A stretch of 64,000 nucleotides of DNA from Chiloscyllium plagiosum (GCF_004010195.1 NC_057718.1:8021552-8085551); one strand, 5' to 3'. Counted from the stretch's first letter, positions 1 to 13,421 are shown. Numbers and translations are program-made. The notes: generated by a model not told the origin, from the letters alone.

Positions 1-309
1 GGAGTCCAGAACTAGAGGGCATAGGTTTAGGGTGAGAGGGGAAAGATATAAAAGAGACCTAAGGGGCAACATTTTCACACAGAGAGTGGTGCGTGTATGG
101 AATGAGTTGCCAGAGGATGTGGTGGAGGCTGGTAAAATTGCAACATTTAAGAGGCATTTGGATGGGTATATGAATTGGAAGGGTTTAGAGGAATATGGGC
201 CGGGTGCTGGCAGGTGGGACTAGGTTGGGTTGGGATATCTGGTCGGCATGGATGGGTTGGACCGAAGTGTCTGTTTCCATGCTGTACATCTCTATGACTC
301 TATGACTCT
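1..309 (+). mobile_element. CR1-type LINE 3' fragment
   Basis: ORF2 C-terminus (TRGHRF..RGERYKRDLRGNIFTQRVVRVWNELP) followed by a 3' UTR ending in (ctatga)n repeats. Confidence 0.9.
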
Positions 310-319
310 TAATGGACCT

Positions 320-1316
320 TTGCCTTCCTGATCAACAGGCTGCAGTCAGTAAGTATAGGCGACAACACCTCCTCCCCAATAATCCTCAACATCAGTGCCC
401 CACAAGACAGTGTACTCAGCCCCCTACTATTCTCCTTATACACAAATGACTATGTGGCCAAATTCCACTCCAAGTCAATTCAGAAGTTTGCTGATGACAC
501 TATCATTGTAGGTTGGATCTCAACAATAAGATGGAGTCCAGGAAGGAAATAGAGTGCTTAACAGTTCGATGTAAACAATCTCTCCAACAACATCAGCAAA
601 ATGAAGGAGCTGGTCATTAACTTCAGGAAGTGGAGTGGGGAGCACCCCCCTCTCTGTATCAATGGAGCTGAGGTGGAGATGGTCGAGAGATTCAAGTTCC
701 TGGGAGTGACAATCACCAACAATCTGTCCTGGTCCACCCATGTCGACACGATGTTGAAGATACTTCCTTACGAGGCTAAGGAAGTTCAGAAAGTCCACAA
801 GGACTCTTACCAATTTTTTATAGATTCACCATAGAAAATACCCTATCTAGATGTACCACAGCCAGGTACACCAACTGCACTTTGCAAGACAGAAAGAAAC
901 TACAGAGAGTTGTGAACTCAGCCAGCCCATCACGCAAACCAGCCTTCCATTCATTGCCTCCATCTACACCTCCTGCTGCCTCGGGAAAGCAGCTAACATC
1001 ATCAAAAGCCCCTCCCACCCCAGTTATACTCTCTTCTAATCTCTTCCCTTGGGCAGACGATATAAAAGTTTGTGAGCATGTACAAAGAGATCCAAGAAAA
1101 GCTTCTTCCCCGCTGTTATGAGACTTATACATGGACCTCTTTAAAGTTAATGCTGATCTCTCGCTGCACTTTCTCTACAGCTGTAACACTGTTCCTACAC
1201 TCTGTTCTGTTACCCAGATGCACTTATATTGTACAATCTGTCTATAGCACATCAATTGCCACTTTTCACTGTACCTTGGTACACGCGATAGTAATAAATC
1301 AAATCAAATCAAATCA
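320..1316 (+). mobile_element. Rex1/Babar-like LINE 3' fragment, degenerate
   Basis: RT remnants (KFADDT; KELVINFRK...INGAEVEMVERFKFLGVTITNNLSW) and an (aaatc)n tail. Confidence 0.8.
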
Positions 1317-1871
1317 GAACTTCTTTAGATCTTGAAAAATGCCTTCATCTGTCACAATGGGTTCTATGGTAGGAGAGCAAATATTGTTTAAGATGCTTGA
1401 TAGATGACTCAGAGGTGACACGTGGAAATGATTCCTTGACTCACTGAAAAATTGTGATCTGGAACACATGTTGTGGGGAAGTTGGCAATGATCGGGGGGC
1501 GGGGTGGGGGGGAAGGAATCAAATTCCACCGAAACTTTCAAAAATGAATTAGCTAAATACTCCAAGTTGGTGTAAAATTACAGAGTTATGGGGCAGGAGT
1601 TATCAACTTGATAGCTCTGTCAGAGATCCAGCACTGACGTAAATGGGCTGAATGGACCACATTTCCTCCATATCATCTGCGCCTTTATGAAATGTGCTAC
1701 TGAATGGAAACTCCAGCACTACTATTCCTGATCAAGAGTTTAATTAAATCTTACCGCACTCACATAAAGACTACTTAGCCCTTTGCACCAGTGACACCTC
1801 TCTGAACAGGCTAACTGCTCAGTCTCTTTCCTTTCCATCCCTACTGCCTTCAGGTAACTTGCATAACTTAC

Positions 1872-1971
1872 AATTCGGAGCCTCCATTTTCGGAATCTTC
1901 CCCATATGGCTTCACTCCATAGAATTCCTCATCGATTGCTAGAACAATTGCCACCACGATTGCTGGTAAAC
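1872..1971 (-). CDS. ADGRG6: GPR126-like exon: TM4-ECL2 (GLPAIVVAIVLAIDEEFYGVKPYGEDSENGGSE), phase 1-2
   Basis: gccccacag|GT...GAATT|gtaagt; 100 nt; continues GWG.PA of TM4. Confidence 0.94.
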
Positions 1972-2389
1972 CTGTGGGGCACCGAAAGTGTGGAATATAA
2001 AGAGGTTGGGAATTAAAAAAAAGCATCATTATCCACCCCACGCCAGTACCATTCCCCAATTTTTTTTGTGAGAAATATATCCAGAGCAAGCAACTTGGAA
2101 AAAAAATAACAATTGAAAATGCCACATGAAGTGTGTACGGTTCTTCACTAAAGCCACAGAAAAGAGTGCACCCCTTGACTCAAATCGCTGTAGCACTTGT
2201 TCTTACATTCCCCGCAGCAACTTATATTGAGATAGAGTCACAGACGTTTTACAGCATGAAGAGGCCCTTCAGCCTATCAAGTTCATACTAGTCATCAAGT
2301 ACCCATCTATTTTCCTGCACTGGCCCCTAGCCTTAAGTGCTGTGGTGTTTCAACTTGTCATTAAGATAGTTCTTAAAGGTTTTGCACGT

Positions 2390-3010
2390 TACACTCATCC
2401 AGGCAAGTGGGGAGTATTCCATCACACTCCTGACATGTGCCTTGCAGATGGTGGACAGGCTTTGGGGAGTCAGGAGGTAAGTTAGTCACTGAAGAATTCC
2501 TGGTCTCTGACCTGCTCATGTAGCCACATAACTTATATGACTAGTCTGGTCCATTTCTGGTCAATGGTAATGCCCCATGATCTTGACAGTGGGGGATTCA
2601 GTAATGGTGATACCACTGAATGTCAGGGGATGATGATTAGATTCTCACTTGTTGGTGATGGTCATAGCCTGGCATTTGTGTGGTGTTAGTGTTACTTGTC
2701 ACTTGTCAGCCCAAACCTGGATATTGTCCAGATCTTGCTGCATTTGGACATGGAATGCTTCAGTACCTGAGGAATCATGCATGGTGCTGAACATTGTGTA
2801 ATCATTGCGAAGTATCCTTATTTATGACCTTGCGATGGAGGGAAGGTCATTGATGAAGCAGCTGAAGATGGTTGGGCCTAAGACACTACCCTGAGGACCT
2901 CCTGCAGAGATGTCCTGGAGCTGAGATGATTGATCTCCAACACTCACAACCAACTTCCTATGTGCCAGGTGTGTCTCCAACTTGTGGAGAGTTTTCCCTT
3001 GACATATCCT
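2390..3010 (-). mobile_element. L2/Crack-like (CR1 group) LINE RT fragment
   Basis: Encodes PQGSVLGPTIFSCFINDLPSI; related pieces at about 25250-25560, 61010-61610 and 63130-63530. Confidence 0.8.
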
Positions 3011-3194
3011 GCTCCTAGCTTCCTGAAATACCATCGCTAATTATATAGCTGGACTAATCATTGATATAAATCATTAAAAAAACTACAACACTATACCAAA
3101 CCTTTCCAGCATTGTTCATGGTCTGAGAACAGTTGAAAACATTTGGAAAAGACATCACAAATAGTGTCGAATCGATAGTGCCAATCGAACTTAC

Positions 3195-3463
3195 CCCATC
3201 CAATGATACAGAACTTGAGCATGTATTTTCGGATGTATGTGTTAAAGACCTTCACCAGGGCTATGTACATGTGAACAGCCTCCAATCCCATCCAGGTGAA
3301 GGAGGCAAGCAGGAAAAAGTGAAGGAACGCTGCAACAGCAATGCACAATCCAGGAATGTTGAATGAGGCAATCCAGCCATCGAGCAGGAACGTTAGGTTT
3401 AGGAGGAAAAGTGCAGTACTCAGGTTCATCAAAATCTTGGATGGGTAATCCCGCCGCAGCTTC
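3195..3463 (-). CDS. ADGRG6: GPR126-like exon: TM2-TM3-start of TM4 ([18 protein letters not shown]...[35 protein letters not shown]), phase 2-1
   Basis: tcatctag|G...GGATGGG|gtaagt; 269 nt; secretin/adhesion family 7TM motifs. Confidence 0.97.
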
Positions 3464-3554
3464 CTAGATGATAGACAAGAAAAACGTTGAACTTACGTTT
3501 GTTCTGCATGACTTCCTTGTTCCTGCCGTGAAGGTCCCAACTGACGGTTATACC

Positions 3555-3748
3555 GTCAGAAGTCACATGACACTAGGTTACAGTTCAACAGATGTGTTTG
3601 AAATCATAAGCTTTTGAAGCTCTGCCCCTTCATCAGGTGAAGTCACTTCACCTGATGAAGGAGCAGCACTTCAAAAGCTTGTGATTTCAAACACACTTGA
3701 CTTCAGACTTCGTCCACCCCAGTCAAACACCGGCACCTCCACGTCGTG
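3555..3748. mobile_element. Short palindromic Penelope-derived element with degenerate hammerhead core
   Basis: Inverted arms centred on ttcatcaggtgaag...cttcacctgatgaa; same family as 12549-12798. Confidence 0.7.
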
Positions 3749-5173
3749 GTTATACTGGACAAGTCAGATTCCAGAGTAAAATCTGGCTTATTAGGCCATA
3801 ATTTGTAACTTATCACGGTGGTCAGTCATCAAAAATTACAAGAGGCTGCCAGTGTACTTTTGACAAGAGAACAGAAGTTTCTTGCGCAAAAGAAAGGAAA
3901 AAGAACAAAGCTATCTATTAGAAATTTAGAAGCACCTTATCACAAACAAAAAATAAAATAAGTCAACCCTTTTTCGCAGCAATGTCCTTTACAGACACTC
4001 AACCCCAATGAGATAGTATCTTTTCTATCCTTATTTTTTTAAATTTCTTACTCAACGAATGAGATTGCAAGTGTTTTCTTTCAGCAGATTTCAGCATGGT
4101 CAGGAGATGGGATTCTCTTCCTCTCTTTCTCCGAGACACACTGACACAGCCTAATCACTGACCTTTCTCAATTAACTTTATGAAGAAATGTCAAGGCTTT
4201 TAACAATTATGTTGAACATTTGATGGCTACTAAATGCATATCTGCCAGTTTGGATCTTTTCTTCTGAATTGATCCTGCAGTTGGATCTATCTCAATTTAA
4301 TAAGTGTTCTAGTAGCCATCTCACCCAGGTAGCTTATGTAGTCATTTAGCTTTAATAATTAAATTTCTTGGAAATGCTGTTTTGACCCATTGCTAAAAGA
4401 AACATGTTTCTGACCCTTCAAAGAAAAGATATCTTTGCAGATCAGAAAATCAAACCCTTTACCAAAACTAGTTCCTTCCCAAGATCCTAAATGGAATAGC
4501 AATTTTCTATAAACATTCATCCCATTACAACAGCGGCAACACTTGAAAAGTACTTCATTAGCTGCAACATGCTTTGGGGCATCCTGCACATGTGAAAGGT
4601 GCTATGCAAATGCAAATTCTCTCAGTACATCTTCACTGTGTTTCTCAAGACCTGGCATGCTGTCTACCACACTCACTCATCTCATTCCCAGAACTCCAAT
4701 ATACTGTGGGTCTCCTCCCCTCCCTCAGTTAACCGTTCCTCCTTCAGTCTGCAGGACTACAAAATAAAATAACCATTCTGAGGAAGTGCCACTCAATCTG
4801 AAACATTAACTATGATTTCTCTTGAACAGGGCTGCCAGGCCTGTTGAGCTTTTCCAGCCATTTCTGGGTTTGTTTCTGATTAAAAGCATCCATAGCTCGT
4901 TCGGTTTTTGGTGGGTACATTTAAGCTGATCTCGATGTTCAGGCCACTAAAGCCAGCCTGCACATCCCCAGAATTTCTGGTTTTCTGTCCCATTTAGGCA
5001 AAGGGAACCCGATAAAGTTGCTGATCTGAATGGATATCCGACAGGGGGAGATAGGAATCAGTGTTCCTGACTGTCTTAGCTCTTCCTCTGTGGAGCGCAA
5101 AGCTACCTGGGTAATAAAGGTGGCAAACCGAGCTTCTCTTTCGAAACAAGGGTTTCTTTTAAAATTCACTCAC

Positions 5174-5301
5174 TCAAAGGCCACGTATGTTAACAACGTA
5201 GTTGCTGAAAAGATGGCTGAAATACCGCATCCTATATGAGTGATGAAGGTCAGAATCTTTGTGTTCAGAGGATCTATTTGTGGTGCAGTTCCTGAGATGT
5301 C
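5174..5301 (-). CDS. ADGRG6: GPR126-like exon: stalk and TM1 ([42 protein letters not shown]), phase 0-2
   Basis: ttttgcttccag|GAC...TTTGA|gtgagt; 128 nt. Confidence 0.96.
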
Positions 5302-5978
5302 CTGGAAGCAAAATAAATAAAATTGTAACCAGAGGCTTTTCACAATGTTATACTTTGTTGGACAGGGTGCTATCTGGGAATTAAGAACCTTCGACAGAAG
5401 GGATCCTTGGCCAGAGAACAAAAATCACATTTACAGCTTCTAGTTAATAGTTTCTTCCAAGAATCTGACATGTACATAAAGGTATTCATTATTCCTCTCC
5501 CAAAGTACCTTTGCTCCTTTGAACGCAATGAAGGCACGGTGAATGTTTCTCACACAATCAGATAGAAGCTGGGAGGTTGAAACTAGAACAAGGGGGCATA
5601 GCCTCAAAATAATGGGGGAGCAGGATTCAGGACGGAGTTGACAAGGAACTTTTTCACCCAAAGGGTTGTGAATCTGTGGAATTCCCCGCCCAGTGAAGCA
5701 GTTGAGGCTATCTCGTTTAATGTTTTTGAGGCAAACGTCGATAGATTTCTATACAGTCACAGAGTTGTACAGTCATACAGCACGGAAACAGACCCTTCGG
5801 TCCAACCAGTCCATGTCGAACATAATCCCAAACTAAACTAGTCCCACCTGCCTGCTCCTGGCCCATATCCCTCCAAACCTTTCCTATACATGTACCTATC
5901 CAAATGTCTGGACAGTAAAGGAATTAAGGGTTATGGTGAGAGGGTGGGTAAATGGAGGTGAGGCCCTGAAAAGATCAG

Positions 5979-7750
5979 AGTTGAAAAATGTGGTGCTGGA
6001 AAAACGCAGGAGGCCAGACAGCATCCGAGGAGCAGGAGAATCAACGTTTCGGGCATAAGCCCTTCTTCAGGAATGAGGCTGGTGTGCCAAGCCAGCTGAG
6101 ATATAAGGTAGGGGGGAGGGAATTTGGGGGTGTGCGGGGGGGGGGGGGGGGCGGGGGCGGAATATGATAGGAAATTCTGTCCCAGCTAAGCCACTTACTC
6201 TATGGAGTCCCAGTCAATATTGGGGATGTTGAATCACTCACTATGACAACTCTGTTTTTATTACACCTTTCCATAACTGGGCACACAATTGTTGTCAAAG
6301 TCTAGGTGGCTGTTGAAAGGAATACAGCATAATCCGAACACAGTAATTGCATCAATCTTATTTTTGTGCTGTACTCATATTGCCTCAGTGGATGATCCCT
6401 CCAGTACGTCCTCTCTGAGTGCAAATGCAACATTATCACTGATTATTAATACAACTCCTCCGCTTATTTTAACTTCCTCTCTATCTCGCCTAACAGAACA
6501 AAATCCTGGAACGTTGAACGCCCAGTCGTGACCCTCTCCAAACTAAGTGTCTGTAATGGCTGCAACATCATGGTCCCATGTATTGATTCAGGCTGTAAGC
6601 TCATTTGCCTTACCCATAATAATCATTGCGTTGACAGAAACACACTTTTGCCCAATGCCATCAGATCCTGACCTGATAGTTGGTTTGAGGACTAGTGACC
6701 CCACCAACCTCCAGTCAGAACCCCACTAGTCTTCATCTACCACCCCGCCAACCTCCAGACAGAACCCCACTAGTCCTCACCAACCACCCCACCCAACCTC
6801 CAGATACGTCGGATCATCCTTCATCATTTCCGCCACCTCCAAACGGACCCCACCACCAAGGATATATTTCCCTCCCCACCCCTATCAGCATTCCGGAAAG
6901 ACTACTCCCTCCACGACTCCCTTGTCAGATCCACACCTCTCACCAACCCAACCTCTACTCCCCGCACCTTCCCCTGCAACCGCAAGAAATGCAAAATTTG
7001 CGCCCACACCTCACCCCTCATTTCCCTCTAAAGCCCCAAGGGATCCTTCAATATCCATCAGAAATTCACCTGCACTTCCACACACATCATTTACTGCATC
7101 CGCTGCATCCGATGTGGCCTCCTATACATTGGGGAGACAGGCCGCCTCCTTGCGGAATATTTCAGAGAACACCTCTGGGACACCCACACCAACCAACACA
7201 ATTGCCCGTGGCTGAACACTTTAACTCCCCCTCCCACTCCACCAAGGTCATGCAGGTACTTGGCCTCCTCCATCGCCAGACCATGTGAACACGACGCCTG
7301 GAGGAAGAGCGTCTCTTCTTCCGCCGAGGAACCCTCCAACCACAAGGGATGAATGCAGATTTCTCCAGCTTTCTCATTTCTCCTCTCCCCACCTTATCTC
7401 GGTCCCAACCCTCGGACTCAGCACCGCCTTCTTGACTTGCAATCTACTTCCCGACCTCTCCGCCCCCACCCCCTCTTCTGCCTATCACCCTCACCTTAAC
7501 CTCCTTCCACCTATCGCATTCCCAACCCTCCTCCTTCCACCTATCGTATTCCCAGCAACCCTCCCCCAAATCCCCTCCTCCCTACCTTTTATCTCAGCTG
7601 GCTTGGCACACCAGCCTCATTCCTGAAGAAGGGCTTATGCCCGAAACGTTGATTCTCCTGCTCCTCGGATGCTGCTTGGCCTGTTGTGTTTTTCCAGCAC
7701 CATATTCTTCAACTCTGGTACTCCAGCATCTGCAGTCCTCACTTTCTCCT
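5979..7750 (+). mobile_element. Penelope-like element 3' part (GIY-YIG endonuclease remnant) with inverted terminal repeat and 15-bp TSD
   Basis: About 7040-7170 encodes GSFNIHQKFTCTSTHIIYCIRCIRCGLLYIGETGRLLAEYFREH. 5979-6130 is an inverted copy of about 7560-7715. Flanked by ccctg(a/g)aaagatcag at 5964-5978 and 7751-7765. Confidence 0.88.
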
Positions 7751-8734
7751 CCCTGGAAAGATCAGCCATGATCTTATTGTATGGTGGAGTGGGCACAAGG
7801 GGCCAGATGGCCTACTCCTGATCCTAGCTCTTATGTCCTTGTGAATCTAGTGACTCTCAATTGTCACGAAGGGCACTTGTGGCAATTTGTGCTGTCCCTG
7901 CCAAGGTACAAGTCTCCCCTTGCTCCAGAGGAGTGTCATAATATCTCTGAACACACTGGCTTGTGAATATTTATAACCATTCAATGAGGTCATTGGCAAT
8001 CTGTTTTCTCTAACACCACTGTGGTTCTGTGACACTTGGCAGGTAAACATTGACCAATTTAAGATTCTAGCTGACTATCTTTTGTTTTTTTTTTGGGCGG
8101 GGGGGCAGCGTGTGAGGGATGGCGAGAAGGTAAAGTCTTTACAAGTGTGAAGAAGTGCTTCCTGATATTATCCCTCAACATCCTGACTCTAACACTGTGC
8201 CCTTCCCCACCCTTCTCCCTCCCCTTCCTTGTTCCGGCAGCCATGGGGAGCTGGGTTCATCTACCCCATCAAATCCTCCAAACATTCTACATGCGTCAAA
8301 CCAATCTCCACCCCCAGCCATCTTTACTCAGATCAGTAACTCAAGAGTTCTTCAAAGGCCATTTTTGAGTTAATTATGTAGTGCAGGACTGGAATCCCCC
8401 TCCAAGTCATTTGGAAATATATCACTGTTCCTTCACCAGCACTGGATCAAAATCCTGGAATTCTCTCCCTAATGGCATTGTGGGTCAATCCTCAGCTGGT
8501 GGACTGCAGGGGTTCAAGAAGGGACCTCACCCCCACCTTCTCAAGGAGCAACTAGGGACAGACAATAAATGGTAGCCCAGCCAGCGATGCCCACCTCTTA
8601 TGAGTGAATAAAAGCAAGTCACGTACCCAGGCCAGAACAGATGAGGGTGGGTCCCTCATTAATGCTAAAGGACATTGTGGATTCAATTGACTTTTGTTCC
8701 CTTTTCTCTAACTGATTGCAGGGAGAAAGCTTAC

Positions 8735-8841
8735 CAGAAGGACTCCAAAGTGCGTGAGGTGATCACACAGGCAAATGGTTTCGTTCACACTGGAATCGGA
8801 ATCCACTTGACAACCTTGAATATTCCAGCCACCGCTGCCAT
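8735..8841 (-). CDS. ADGRG6: GPR126-like exon: GPS motif and tethered agonist ([35 protein letters not shown]), phase 1-0
   Basis: ttcctgtag|AT...CTTCTG|gtaagc; 107 nt; GW...GC...C.C.HLT consensus autoproteolysis site. Confidence 0.96.
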
Positions 8842-9221
8842 CTACAGGAATAAAGCATTAAACAGAAACAAGGTCAAAGCAGCAGACAGTGTCCTCTACT
8901 CCAATCTCCTTGTGTTCAAGGCCTAAATACTATTTGCCTTCCCAATTATTTTCTGTGTCTCCCGTGCTAATGTTTTCTGCCTTCCTTGCACAAGAACATT
9001 ACAAATCTTCATGATTTGTCAATGCCTCATTTTTTTAAACGTGGGCTTTTTCATTTTCCCCACCAAAATGACTAGCCCCACAGCTCCCCACGTAATGTTC
9101 CATCTGACCCTTACTTGGTTGCCTGCTCTCTTAAACCTTTCTGAATTCTAAGGTAAGGCAGATGAACTGAATTATTACTTGTCAACTAATTGCGACAATC
9201 CAAGATCGGACAGAAAAGTAT

Positions 9222-9490
9222 GTGGCACAATGGCTCAGTGGTTAGCTCTGCTGCCTCATAGTGCCAGGGATCCGGTTCAATTCCAGCCTCAGGCATCTGT
9301 CTGTGTGGAGTTTGCACGTACTCCCAGTGTCTGCGTGGGTTTCCTCCGGGTGCTCCAGTTTCCTCCCACAGTCTGAAAGTGTGTAGGTTAGGTGGATTAT
9401 AATGGTGGGTCTGGGTGGGATGCTCTTCAGAGGTTCAGTGTGGACTCAATAGGCCGAATGGTCTATGCCCACACTGTAAGGGATTCTAAT
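9222..9490 (+). mobile_element. HE1-like tRNA-derived V-SINE, diverged
   Basis: A box tggctcagtgg, B box ggttcaattcc, V-domain tgtgtggagtttgca...tgcgtgggtttcctccgggtgctcc. Confidence 0.85.
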
Positions 9491-9702
9491 TTCATCATTT
9501 GAGCAGGAACTCTGAACATTAACCAGTGAGGAGAAACCAAAACCAAGTGGGGGGGATTGGTGAATGAGGCAGGATGGAGTGCTACCCCTGGCACGAGGAT
9601 GGCTTATTTTGGGGAAAAAAAACTGTGGTCCTTCAAGATGCGCTGGTCCCATTTCCATTGTACTTGGTTGCAAAAATGACGACAAATAAATCTCATACTT
9701 AC

Positions 9703-9748
9703 TCTTCAATGTTAAATCCCAGAAGGCACACTGTGGCCGAACATCCTC
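9703..9748 (-). CDS. ADGRG6: GPR126-like exon: GPS start (EDVRPQCAFWDLTLK), phase 0-1
   Basis: ttgttcgacag|GAG...AAGA|gtaagt; 46 nt; CAFWD motif. Confidence 0.92.
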
Positions 9749-10479
9749 CTGTCGAACAACAAGAGCACAGAAATACAAGACTCTGAGCTGTCAGTCAGAC
9801 ACAGGCTTCCAACAGAGTGGAAATCATTTTTCTTTACAAAAGACACTTGGTAATTATACACTGCCTCTTATCAATTTAGGTTCCCCCAAGTGCTTTATAA
9901 CTAATTGAAATGAACTCTGCTTTACAAATAGCTGAAATGTGTAATAAAGATGACAAAGCGAGCTTCTCCTACACACACACAGGTCCTACAAACAGCAAGC
10001 TGATGATAAGCTGATATTTTGCCAATTAGTGATATTCCTGAAGAGATGCATACACACTGGCCGGGACACCAGCAGGGAGGACTCCCTTGTTTTTCTTTGG
10101 ATCCCTGCTCCATATTAGTGGAAGGAAGGCTCTAACAGTGCAGCATTCGCTCAGTACTACACTGGAGCTCCCAGCCTAGATGACCTGCTCAAAGCAGGGA
10201 CGCGAACAAACCAACTCCCAACTCAAAAGGAGGAGATTGCTACCCGCTAAGGTATGGTTGACACTTGTTTAACTACTGCATTGTTGCTGAGAATTTCCTC
10301 AGACCTCCTCCAGCCCAGTCCTTACTGGCATATCAGAGTATTCAGCGAAATGGGGAAGGACTCCATGGGACACATGACCTGGGGATTTCTTTGCGTGGAT
10401 AGAAGATAAAGGGTGGGGTGAGCGGGAAGAGAAGTCTGATTTATTTTTCAAGGAGGTGTGCAGCAATACCATTAAATCA

Positions 10480-11090
10480 CTCAGCAAACATAAACAGGGC
10501 CAGTTTGCTCAGTTTTATTAATAAGGGCACAGAGTACAAGAGCAAGGAGGTGATATTGAAATTGTTCAAGGTACAGGTTAGACCTCAGCTGGAGGGCTCT
10601 GTCCTGTTGTGGGCTCCACATCCCAGGAAAGATGTGAGAGAGTGCAGAAGCGATTCACAAGAATGCTATCAGGAATGAGGAACATCAGTGAAGAGGATAG
10701 ATTGAAGACGTTGGGACTGCTTTCCCTGGGGACGAGAAGGCCAAGAGGGGATAGAGGTTTTCAAAATCGTGAGGCGGCTGGACAGGGAGAGCCCACTTGT
10801 AAAAGGAACAGGAGGAAGAGGGTGCACATTGAAGGAGATGTGCAAAAGAAGCAAGGCTGAAGTGAGAAAAAGGTTTTCCAATCAGCGAGTAGTTACGGTT
10901 TAGGACACACCACTTACAAATGGTGATGGAGACAGGTCCAATTGAAGCTTTCAAGTGGACAGTTATTTGGATAGACATAAGGCAAAAGGGAGAAAAAGCA
11001 AGAGATTAGCACAACATAATGAAGCTCATTTCGGCACAAGGGACAGAATGGCATTCCGTCGCACAGTAACCCTTCTGCGATTCTGTGATA
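10480..11090 (+). mobile_element. Old CR1 LINE 3' fragment
   Basis: Encodes EYKSKEVILKLFKVQVRPQLE and ERVQKRFTRML. Confidence 0.8.
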
Positions 11091-11559
11091 AACCTCTGTA
11101 AGACCCAGAAGCAAATTGACCAGAGGTGTAGGAGAGCGAATAAAACAGCCAAATGGAGGGTTAATAAAGGGCAAGATGCACACTTCTGTGTCTCAAGTGT
11201 CGGATTGAGTTTGGATGCCTGGTCTCAGTGGCTAGCATAAAACAAAAAACAAACATGAGAATAACATTACAAAAATCATAATTAACTCTAATTAAAAAGA
11301 TTAGGAGTATGTGCATCAGGGGAATGAACGCCAAGCCATGAAAAGACAATGCAGAGACATGGCTGGGAAAAGAGGTTTTGAGATTTATAACAATTGGACA
11401 AGAGATCCCAGCAAAAACCTCAAAGCAAAGGCATGAGACTGAAAGCTACATCCTGGTGAGGTGCATCCAAGGGAGCAGTGAGTAAACGGTTGGTGAGCAT
11501 TTGGAATGCACTGCAGTGCTGGGGAGATATAGCGAGGCAATGATTTTAAGTACAAAAAT

Positions 11560-12085
11560 TCTCCCTGCTATCAGAAAGTTGTTGTTAAAGTTGAAAGAGT
11601 CCAGAAACGATTTGCAAGAGCATTGCCAGGCTTGAAGGGTTTGAGCTATGGGGAGAGGCTGAACAGGCTGGGGCTGTTTTCCCTGGAGTATCGGAGGCTG
11701 AGGGGTGACCTTATAGAGGTTTATAGAATCATGAGGGGCATTGATAGATTAGATTAGATTCCCTCCAGTGTGGAATGGCCAAGGCCTTTTCCCCAGGGTA
11801 GGGGAGTCCAAAACTAGAGGACATAAGTGAGAGGGGAAAGATTAGAATGGGACCTAAGGGATAACTTTTCCACCCAGAGGGTGGTGCATGTATGGAATGA
11901 TCCATACATGCCAGAGGAAGTTGTGGAGGCTGGTATAATGACAATATTTAAAAGGCATCTGGTTGAGGATATGAATAGGAAGGGTTTAGAGGGATATGGG
12001 CCAAGTGCTGGCAAATGGGACTAGAATAATTTAGGATATCTGGCTGGCATGGGCGAGTTAGACCGTGCTGTATGATTCTATGACA
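11560..12085 (+). mobile_element. CR1 LINE 3' fragment containing a small inserted SINE-tail piece
   Basis: ORF2 C-terminal motifs (LFSLE.RRLRGDLIEVY; TQRVVHVWN); interrupted by an attagattagatt piece at about 11745-11780. Confidence 0.85.
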
Positions 12086-12548
12086 AACCTTGCAGATCCG
12101 GGGGCCAATAGGGAGATCAGGGATGATAGTGTGATGGTTCAAGAGATTTAGTGCAGGACAAAATATACCTCACAGGGTTTTCGATAAGCTGAAGCACACG
12201 AATGGAAGATCAGAAGGGGAGATATAGGAATAAATTGGCAGAAACTGGTACTGTACAAAGATTGCAATGGCAAAGGGTGGAGAGCTGGAGTGCAAAGTGT
12301 TGCATGAGGTGTTCCTGATTTAGGATTAAAAGCCCAGTCCTGATTCAAATCACCAAAAGATTTAGCCAACGTCTCAATAAATGCTTGACAGCCGCAAGAC
12401 TCCAATTGACAGTTCAATTGCAAGTTGCAGTACTGCTAAAATCCTACAGGTGGTGAGGGCGAGCGCCTGGAATGGACAACTCACAACAGTGACACCACCT
12501 GATAGTTCTTGGTACTGAATCCGCAGAATGTTCCTCGGTTTACAGCAG

Positions 12549-12798
12549 TTAAAAATCACACAACACCAGGTTATAGTCCAACAGGTTTAATTGGAAGCAC
12601 TAGCTTTATAGTCCAACAGGTTTAATTGGAAGCACTAGCTTTTGGGGTGCCGCTCCTTTATCAGGTGATTGTCATCAGCTGAAGGAGCAGCACTCCGAAA
12701 GCTAGTGTGCTTCCAATTAAACCTGTTGGACTATAACCTGGTGTTGTGTGATTTTTAACTTTGTACACCCCAGTCCAACACCGGCATCTCCAAATCTT
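12549..12798. mobile_element. Short palindromic Penelope-derived element with 12-bp TSD
   Basis: Inverted arms ttaaaaatcacacaacaccaggttatagtccaacagg; TSD ggtttacagcag at 12537-12548 and 12799-12810; internal tandem duplication of about 35 bp. Confidence 0.85.
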
Positions 12799-12964
12799 GG
12801 TTTACAGCAGGCTGTGAGCTGGAATTAATAGAGGTGTTTGAAATCCATGAAAAGGTTTTGATGAAGAAGGTCAAGAGAAACTGGTTCCATTGGTAGAAGG
12901 GTCAGTAACCAGCGGTTACCTCACAATGAGGTAAAATTGGGAAACGAAGTAGAGGGGATTTTAT

Positions 12965-13312
12965 TTTCTTTATTCATTCATGGGATGAGGGCATCGCTAC
13001 CTAGTGCAGTATTTATTGCCCATCCCTAATTGCACAGGGGGCAGTTAAGAGTCAATCACATTGCTGTGGATCTGGAGTCACATGTAGGCCAGACCAGGTA
13101 AGGAAGGCAGTTTCCTTCTCAAAAGGGCATTAGTGAAAAAGATAGGGTTTTTTTTTCAATTATGGATTCATAGCCATTGTTAGACTCTTCATTCCAGATT
13201 TTCTTTTACTGAATTTAAATTCTACCATCTGCTGTGGCAGGATTTAAACTCAGCAATCCAGAGCATTATCTGGGTGTCTCGATTAACAGTCCAGTGATAA
13301 TACCACTTGCCC
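12965..13312 (-). mobile_element. SINE-like interspersed repeat (elasmobranch family)
   Basis: Closely similar copy at about 45250-45580; partial copies at about 17200-17400, 30970-31240, 35930-36150 and 42680-42900. Confidence 0.75.
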
Positions 13313-13421
13313 TTCACCTCCCCACTATTTCATTTTTGTTATGACACAAGCTGTTGTGATCAAGAATATTGTGTCTGAAAGAGCCACAGAAGAGGTTTCG
13401 AGAGCAGCTTTCCAAAATAGG

